This document shows, in pieces, positions 54,071-64,000 of a DNA stretch of 64,000 bases; positions within the stretch are counted from its first letter, which is position 1; the number at the start of each line of letters is the position of its first letter. The notes under the pieces are model-generated. The model was not told the origin of the DNA and searched no databases. It saw only the letters and a program-made list of their open reading frames with translations. The stretch is from Octopus vulgaris. Its lineage: Eukaryota. A program made the translations under genes and the position numbers. The stretch spans positions 29,264,001 to 29,328,000 of the forward strand of contig OX597830.1 of assembly GCA_951406725.2 (NCBI GenBank). Direction: 5' to 3'.

Positions 54071-54715
54071 GTGTATGTGTGTGTGTATATATAGAGAGAG
54101 AGATAGATAAATAGATACATAAATACATACGTACATACATATCAATACGCGTGTTTGCGTGAATGCCTGTATATGAGTCGCAACTAAATTTGATAAACTA
54201 GATGTAATAATACACTTATTACTGTCGCTACACTTGTCGCTCACTTCATATTTGTTGCTTATTCGCTTTCTAAGTGTACGGCGATGCCAATTTCGAATTG
54301 GGTCTTGACAGACTTAGGATGTTTGAATATCAAAATAGATCACTGAATAAGCACTAGAAAAAGGATCTGTAACTGTGCATGTGCTGATAGATACCCTACT
54401 TTGAAACAGGAAGCCACCTTTGTTTCCCAAATATTATTTATGCTTCTTGTTTTCAAATTATTTACTGGGTTCAGTCACCAGAGGGAAATAAAATGCTTGT
54501 TGCTCAAGAATGTGATTTTGCTTGGCATAGGAATGAGTACTCAGGTCGTGGGTGAATAGAAAACACTAGAAATACACGTTTTGTATATGAGGAGATGCAT
54601 TCTGTCGTTGGTTTAGTGGAACAATATTTTAATTTAGGTTGCAAATTATATTAGCGGTAGAAAAGATATTTTGGTCGGGCAGATGTTCTTGACAGAAAAT
54701 AAGATAGAAATAAAA

Positions 54716-55315
54716 GGCGGCGAGCAGGCAGAAACGTTAGCACGCCGGGCGAAATGCGTAGTCGTATTTCGTCTGCCGCTACGTTCTGAGTTCAAATTCC
54801 GCCGAGGTCGACTTTGCCTTTCATCCTTTCGGGGTCGATAAATTAAGTGCCAGTTACGCACTGGAGTCGATATAATCGTCTTAATACGTCTGTCTGTCCT
54901 TGTTTGTCTCCGCTATGTTTCGACCCTTGTGGGTAGTAAAGAAATAGGTATTTCGTCTGCCGCTATATTCTGAGTTCAAATTCCGCCGAGGTCGACTTTG
55001 ATTTTCATCCGTTCAAGGTCGATTAAATAAGTATCAGTTACGCACCGGGATTGACATAATCGACTTAATCCGTTTGCCTGTCCTTGTTTGTCCTCTCTGT
55101 GTTTAGCCTCTTGTGAGTAGAAAAAAAATAGGTATTTTGTCTGCCGTTACCGTCTGAGTTCAAATTCCACCGAAGTTGACCTTGCCTTTCATCCTATCAG
55201 GTTTGATAAATTAAGTACCAGTTACGCACTGGGGTCGATGTAATCGACTTAATCCCTTTGTCCGTCCTTTTTGGTCCTCTCTAAGTTTAGACCCTTGTGA
55301 GCAATAAAGAAATAA
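54716..55315 (+). mobile_element. Head-to-tail trimer of SINE family C (period about 184 bp)
   Basis: Unit 1 is complete. Units 2 (54947) and 3 (55131) start at GGTATTTYGTCTGCCG and lack the first about 47 bp. Confidence 0.92.
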
Positions 55316-56748
55316 GAATATAATATAGCCTTTGAACAGAAGCATTCCGAAATATTCTGTATTAGATTCTATTAGCTAATGAGTACATCATTTTAAAGGA
55401 ATGTATGTAAACAATACCAAATGCCCTTGAATCGTTCCAAAACAGAGTTGTTAATGATGTTTCAATCTTTTACACATTCCAGACAATGAGTTGGGGGTTA
55501 TATCAAATATTTCACCTAATACCGAGCTTTATTATTGAGGGCATTGATTTACAACATGTCCGCAACTGATATACTCCATAGGTTTTGTTTCTTTAACACG
55601 TACATTAAGAGATTAAATGGATTAATACATCTTCAGCGTTCACAAGCATAACGTGGTGAGAAGCAATGTAATAAAGTTTGGTAAACTCACGGCGCATTCT
55701 AGATTCACAACGTGAGAATTATAGGGTACATTGCCAATAAACAGTCACTACATTGCTTACATACATTTTTATGCGTATAAATCAGAAACGAGGAATGTAT
55801 TTTTTTTACCGAGTAGTGGGCCGCGCGAGATATAACTTATCTCGTGGACCGCACTTCTAAAAAGTTCCAGTTATATTTTATTTTATTTTATTTTATTTTA
55901 CGTGTGCTGTTCAGAAATCCCGCGTGCTACAAGTTGCACATGACTGTGCCTGTGCTATAAACATGCTAATTCGGCGACTGGCTCTGGTATAGAATTTTTA
56001 GCAGCATGAATTGCTATGGCGTTCTGTGCATTGTGTGCTACGAACGCATGAGCGTGAGAATTAAGGAAATGCGTGCTGCTGTATAATTGACACAACTAAT
56101 ACAACGAGACCTGAGTTTGAAGACTTGTGTGTGAACTCCTGGATTCAATCTTGAATTTCTCATAAAACACCTACTCTGTTTCTAGCGCCTGATGAGATCG
56201 AACTTTCTTACGTGCTCACGAAAATTTAAGCTATGAGGAGCTGATTAAACTTTATTAGATATATGTATACACACACACATATATATATATCATGCATATC
56301 TAAACATACATATATATACATACATATATAAGTATATATATATATATGTATACATAACGTTTGTGTGTATATATATATGTGTATGTTTATGTATATACGT
56401 ACACACGCGCACACACACACGTGTGTGTGTATGTATGTATATATGTGTGCCGGTGAGTATGTGTGCGTGTGTAGAATCCTACCCACATATACGTATACAA
56501 GTACGTAGTTTTACTCTGATTAAGTGATGAAGTGTCACAAGGTTTTGGGAGTCAAAATGCATTGCTTCATTCGGTGCGGGCTTTTACGTTATGGGTTCCA
56601 ATGCCGGCGCGTTCAACCTTGCCTCACATTGTTTCAGATACGATAACACAAAATGGAAATACTAATCCTCCCAGCTTAAAAATAACTGGAATTGCGCTAA
56701 AGTTTCCAAGCATCATTATCGTAGTCGACGTTATCATCATCATCGTCG

Positions 56749-56779
<31 letters not shown>

Positions 56780-56955
56780 AATCATCATCATCATCGTCGT
56801 CGTCGTCGTCGTCATCGTCGTCATCATCACCATCATCATAATCATCACCATTTCCGTTGTCATTGTATATATTAACTTTTTATAAATGAATATATGGTCG
56901 ACCATATACATCTATAACTATATCTCTCTATATGTATTTATTTATGTATGTAGGC

Positions 56956-56988
<33 letters not shown>

Positions 56989-57151
56989 TGTATGTATGTA
57001 TGTATGAATGTATGTATGCAAGCATGTATGTATGTTTGTATGTATGTATGCAAGCATGTACGTATGTATGTATGTATGTATGTATGTATGTATGCATCTA
57101 TCTGTCTGTCTATCTATCTATCTAGGTAACTAGATATATATATATATATCC

Positions 57152-57234
<83 letters not shown>

Positions 57235-57874
57235 AACATATACATACTTTCATATATATTTATATATGACTATATCGAATGATAAATGTGCAGTGACTAT
57301 GAATATCTAAAAGAGCAAATGATTTAGATTAATGTAAAAATAAAGAGAATATTTAGCCATTTTTGTAATTTGGGTAATGAAAACGGCTATTAGTGTCTAA
57401 TTGCTTCACAAGATTAGACTATTTTGCAACATCATTCAACAGATGTTTATAATTATGAACGCTATTGACTTCATCAGACAATGCTGAGCATAAATCCATG
57501 AAAATAATTAAAAATAGACCAGTCAACATTTTTTTTCTCATTTTTTCTACGTTTAAATTAAAAAAACAAAACAAAACATTATATTGCATTTGATGTTATT
57601 TGAGGAAGTACTTTCCTATTACAATTCATTCGTGCATTTATCCTCTCTTTCTATTTTGCTTTATTTCGGTTTTAGTTGAGATTCAGCCATGTTGCTTTTG
57701 TGAAAATGTTTCTTTTTCCTCCTTTTGTTTCATCTGATCGCATCGCATCATACTAGATATTGCTCATTACTAAATAATTCAATAATGACTTATTATTGTT
57801 TGACTGCATATTCTATGCGAAGAAGCGTGTGTGTGTGTGTGCGCGCACACACTCACACATACATATATATATGT

Positions 57875-57911
<37 letters not shown>

Positions 57912-58720
57912 TATAGATATAAATATATATTTATTTCGTTTTTGGATTTGGTTTGCAAATATTATAAGGTACAAAAAAGAAAATGACTCTACCCAGACAC
58001 AATATATATACATATGGGTGTGTGTGTGTGTGTGAGTGTAGTAAAGATTTTTTGCCAATATAACATGGCAGTCCTGGTTTAGGACGAATGTTGCTGTAAT
58101 TTAGGCCCACGAGACATCGTCTCCAGCTGACTATAATACCCGATCTCTGCCCTTATATTTTCGAACAAGGGAATCTAGCACCTCCCACTCAGCTCAATAC
58201 AATATCTGTGTATAATCCGGAAATCACGGTACACAATCTTTACTACAATCTACTGTTGCTGAATATCTCACGTTGTGTGATTTAAAAATAGTAATTTTCT
58301 AATAAATTTATATTTATATATACATATGTATGTGTGTGTACGCAAATGTCGAAGGATGACAAAGCGTGCTCAACTTGCAGTTGCCTCTTATCAACACGTG
58401 TTGATCAGTGTTGATCAGAGGCAGCTACCATAAAATTGATAAGAAACTTCTAAAAGTTGCGATTTGTGTCGCAAAAAAACCTTAAAAAGGCTCTGATAAA
58501 GAATTTCTTTGAAGAAATACAAATTGAAATGCATTAAACAGGAAGAATCTTTTGCGAATGTACGAAGTGTAAGCATTCTATTGTAAATTTGGCGTTGCAA
58601 ATAGCAATACGTCCATTTCACTAAATTTCTAAAATATCTTCGATTTTCAATCGAAAAAATCGCAGTCTGAATAACTCCTGAGTGAAACACTACACAATAC
58701 ATTTAAGGAAATGCCAACCA

Positions 58721-58751
<31 letters not shown>

Positions 58752-59029
58752 GAAAAGAAAAAAGAAACCCTTACGAATACACGAAACGTAAACCGTGTAT
58801 CGTATTATGCAGCACAAGGTATTACAATAATTTAATAAGGAGTACCAAATCTTCCACTGCCTTGGAAATACCCGTCTCTTAGGAAATACTGGATAACTCT
58901 CTTTGTCCATTTTCTGTCATTTATTGAAAGCTATTATTAGATGAAAGTAGAAAGTTATAATTGACATCAGGTCTTTCTCTCTGTTTTGCTTTTTACTTAC
59001 GAGATTATTTTTTATACGCTCCTACGCTC

Positions 59030-60170
59030 TCATAAGTTCCCACATCAGCACACTTGATGCTATCTTTGATAATGAACAGAGCAAAGATGACAAGGATGGA
59101 AGCACGGATGTAGGTAAAAGATGTTTTCCTCACTTGGTAGAAACTCAAGAAAACCAGACGAAGGTATAAGTGAGAAAGTTGCCAGGAAATAAAACTCAAG
59201 TGCAAGTGCCCCTACCAGCATGAGGAGTTGAAAGAGCCAAAAAAGGGCAACCAAAAGATAAAACAACTAAGGGAAGAAGGAAGTCTGACCACCCATACAA
59301 CAAAAAGGATAAAAAGAGACAGTACACACCGATATATAAATTCTACCTGAAAGGTATCTGTTGCCATGGAGAGGGAGGTGCGAGCTGCCGTTTTGCGCAC
59401 CGAAGGACCTGAGCACCAACATGAAACAGGGTAGAAACCACCTGCCAAAAGGAAAGGATCACGTAGCACCTGACCCAAAACGGAAATACGCACCGCAAAC
59501 AATCATTTTTGTGCATGGCACGATAGATTGTACAGCAACTGGCCAGGCTACATCAATCTCACAGATGGTACTACCCCCAATACACAAGACCACCACAGCA
59601 TATGGATCCAAGGTGAACACCACTATCAACAACACTGATTTCAAATCATCAGAGATCTGTTAACACTTAGTAACAGGACAAAAATTCCTTTCCTGAGAGA
59701 CCTTGTTGCATGCAATAAAACCTTATGCATCGCACTTAAGGAAACATACGTGAAACCAAATATAGCAAATGCAGAAATACATATACCACAGTATGTTGTA
59801 TAACGGACTGACAGAAAAAGAAAGGAGTCACGGTGTAGATACTATGTTCATCCACAAAGGTCTCACACCACAGGTCCTTTTGTCACACTCAAATTCAGTA
59901 TGTGACACACTAATTGTTCATATAAGACAACTCGATATTGTTATATGTACTACATATCGCCCTCCAGATGTTCCGAATCATGCAGACTAATTTGACGGCT
60001 GCCTTACAAAAACAGAACTTCTAGTTTCATTAGAACAACACTTAAGTGTATTTCCTATGGAAGACTTCAATCTGTCCAGTGTCGGATGGCCTGAAGGCCT
60101 TTTATTCTCAGGAATGGCGCGTTGCGAAGAAGGACATGTGAAGTCCCTCCTGAACTTCATCAATACTAAA
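59030..60170 (+). pseudogene. CR1-like LINE relic: ORF1 with CCCH-type finger plus ORF2 APE endonuclease
   Basis: IYKFYLKGICCHGEGGASCRFAH; IRDLLTLSNRTKIPFLRDL..IALKETYVKPNIANAEIHIPQY..RTDRK; TTYRPPD; MEDFNLSSVGWP (approx. GDFNLP.I.W). Confidence 0.82.
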
Positions 60171-60264
60171 TTTAACATTAAGAATTTATTATGAAAGAAT
60201 ACTTACAATGTATATAGCAACAGAATGTAAGATATTTACCTAGTGTCAGCGGATGGAAAAAACT

Positions 60265-60690
60265 CTACTCTTTCACTCTTTTAGTTGTTTCAGTCATTGG
60301 ACTGCGGCCATGCTGGAGCACCACCTTTAGTAGAGCAAATGGACCCCGGGACTTATTCTTTGTAAGCCTAGTACTTATTCTATCGGTCTCTTTTGCAGAA
60401 CCACTAAGTTACGGGGACGTAACGCACCAGCATCGGTTGTCAAGCGAAATTTGGGGGACAAGCACAGACACTAACACACGCACACACGCACACACACACA
60501 TATACATACATATACATATATATATACGACGGGCTTCTTTCAGTTTCCGTCTACCAAATCCACTCATAAGGCTCTGGTCGGCCCAAGGCTATAGTAGAAG
60601 ACACTTGCCCAAGGGGCCACGCAGTGGGACTGAACCCGGAACCATGTGCTTGGTAAGCAAGCTATGTACCACACAACCACTCCTGCGCCT
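60265..60690 (-). mobile_element. SINE family A, full length
   Basis: Reverse complement of consensus, ending ..CCACTCCTGCGCCT. Confidence 0.9.
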
Positions 60691-61050
60691 CAAGGCAACA
60701 TTGTTGATATAGCATATAATCATTTGTATTTAATCTACGAAAGCAAATTACTAATATCATTTTAATGTAAAGCGTAGCGCAATAAACATTGAATAATAAC
60801 TTTGTGAGTAGAATTAGGGAATAGATGCGGTTCAAAGGTATATAACTACATATCTGTGATGCGTATATACATACAAGTAGGCACATACACACACACGTAC
60901 GCACACATACACACACGCACTCATAAATACGCACATTACACGAACTCACAAAGCAACTGCTTTCACATGCATATGAACACATAGATGTATACACATAAAT
61001 ATGCAGGGATACTATATTTTATACATATATATATACATATATATACATGT

Positions 61051-61095
<45 letters not shown>

Positions 61096-61284
61096 TATAT
61101 AACTATTACTTTCTATCTATCTATCTATCTATCTGCCTGTCAATATATCTATAAATCTCTCTATATATGTATCTATGTGTGTGTCTGTGAGTGTATATAT
61201 ACATATACACACACATACATATATATAAAGATGTATGTATATATAATTATGTATGTGTGTACGTATATATGTGTGTATATATAC

Positions 61285-61353
<69 letters not shown>

Positions 61354-61899
61354 TATACATACACACATATATATGTGTGTGTGAGTATCTGTGTGTGCCG
61401 TTATAAACCTGTAACCGTGCATATGTACGTAAGCGCAAATTCATATTTCCTGGTATGGATGTGGGTAAAGTGACGTATGAATGGACTCCCGTGTCGTATT
61501 ATATGAACTAGTGAGACGAGAATCTGGCAATAGTCACAGAATTATTCTTTCCTTTTTATTATTTTATTTTTTTAATTTTTGTTCAAGGACAATAGCTGAC
61601 TAATGATTGCGATATTAATAATTGAATAAGATGTGAGAAAACGGGGACAGATAAATCAATGATATAACGAACGCTAACGAATATGTAATGAATATTGTCG
61701 TTAATGAAATAAAGCTTCACAAATACACAAACATTACCATAGACACACGCTCACGTGTATATACGTATATTCGCGCGAATGTACGTGTGCATATATGCAT
61801 ATACATACATTTATTTGTACATATATCTATACATATATACAAACATATATATATATATTCTATAAAAATATATATATATATATATATATGTTTGTGTGC

Positions 61900-61931
<32 letters not shown>

Positions 61932-62037
61932 ATATATACACACAAGCATACATATATATGCAAGCATATATATTAATGTATGTATATATATATTTATGAG
62001 CACAAACACTATACATGTATACATATTGATATCTTGC

Positions 62038-62083
<46 letters not shown>

Positions 62084-62414
62084 ACATATATAAAGATAAT
62101 CATTGTACACAGTCAGACACATACAGATAACCATAGAGAGTACTAAACAACTTTAATGGCGGTTAGTGTCCATGCTTCGTTAGGTGTTTTGGATATACGA
62201 TTGGAAGACAATGCGTGGATATTAATTGATTTTTTTTTTGTCTAAATTATGTCTGTTTTTATATACAGTGTTAGATATTTCTATAAATCACTTCAGCGAC
62301 TTTTATTTGCTTATTTTTCCTGTTCTCTTTCCGCATTTAATTCATCCGTCCAGCTCGCTGTGTATTTCTCTGTTTATTTATCTACACCACGTTCACCGGT
62401 GTGACGTATGTGTA

Positions 62415-63145
<731 letters not shown>

Positions 63146-63433
63146 CATTCAACAATGCACACACACACACATATATATATAAACATACATATATATATAT
63201 ATACAGGTATATATTTATACATTCATATACACAATATTCCTATACACACACGCACACTCACATATATACACTTATATGCGTACATCTATATGTCTTTCTA
63301 TCTATCTATCTGTCTATCTATCTATCTATCTATCTATTTCTCTATCTATCTATCTATCTATCTATTTATCTATCTCTATCTATCTGTCTGTCTGTCTTTG
63401 TGTGTCTGTGTGCTTCCCTGTGTGTCTGTCTAT

Positions 63434-63474
<41 letters not shown>

Positions 63475-63489
63475 GATCGATCTATCTAT

Positions 63490-64000
63490 CTATGTTAAAT
63501 GAAGAACAAATAAAAAACAAACAAAAAAACTGAACAAACTATAACACTACCAAAGATACACACAATTCTCTGCTCGAAAAAGAAAGTATAATCTCCAACA
63601 ATGTATGAAGACTATCATTAATAACCAAAGAATAGCTGAGGAGAATTGGGCCGTTGAGAACATCAAACGCAACCCTAAAGCGTTCTCGTTTGTGAAAAGA
63701 CCCAAAGTCACTCTCTCCAATGTTAGCCCTCTAACTGATGAAAATGGCAATCTCCAAAGAAATGCCCAAATCATGAGTGGGATTCTGCAGGAACAGTACT
63801 GCTCTGTTTTTTGCAATCATGATATGGCGGATCTGGACTATATCAGTGATGTTAATCTTCAACACACTACATCGGACATAAAGTTTGGCCCCTCTGATGT
63901 CGTAGCGGCAATTAAAGCGAACTTAAACACAATTCAGCAGTAACCCTCTGATAGGTTCCCTGCCTGTGTCTTGAAGGTGTGTGGGCACCAACTTGCATCG
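63490..64000 (+). pseudogene. CR1-like LINE ORF2 relic (linker and start of RT), running off the window
   Basis: EENWAVENIKRNPKAFSFVK..VSPLTDENGNL..MSGILQEQYCSVF..IKFGPSDVVAAIK..SDRFPACVLKVC (approx. IK.NPK.F, .L..QF.SVF, GPD..P..LK.C). Confidence 0.85.

Noticed and set aside
54716-55315. CRISPR-like repeat array
   Set aside because: Contiguous 184-bp SINE units with no unique spacers, in eukaryotic DNA.
55552-55946. Possible degenerate hAT element
   Set aside because: Right end looks hAT-like, but the left TIR and TSD cannot be established.
56185-56215. CCTGATGAGATCGAAC hammerhead-like string
   Set aside because: No real stem II and no GAAA-N-UH with stem I; likely chance.

Overview
AT-rich, microsatellite-saturated animal DNA. 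The SINE families resemble those of octopus/coleoid cephalopods (inferred from memory, not database-checked). No complete gene is visible, and almost all ORF-track entries are microsatellite or SINE artefacts. Most of the window is transposable-element debris. It holds at least four tRNA-derived SINE families (here A, B, C, D) that appear to swap heads and tails. Non-LTR relics include two R4/Dong-clade, one HERO-like and one split CR1-like element. DNA-transposon relics include two mariners, a Tc1, a piggyBac, a hAT MITE with TIRs and TSD, and a complete non-autonomous Helitron. The top finding is a set of small repeats with minimal type I hammerhead-ribozyme folds. One (41040-41610) is a head-to-head inverted dimer built as tRNA-like Pol III head + (AAT)n + hammerhead, a candidate SINE/retrozyme hybrid. 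A second two-copy family carries a shared variant core. Other findings are a locally folded-back SINE hairpin, a SINE tandem trimer, a pre-miRNA-sized hairpin, and three phase-compatible candidate exons of an unidentified host gene.
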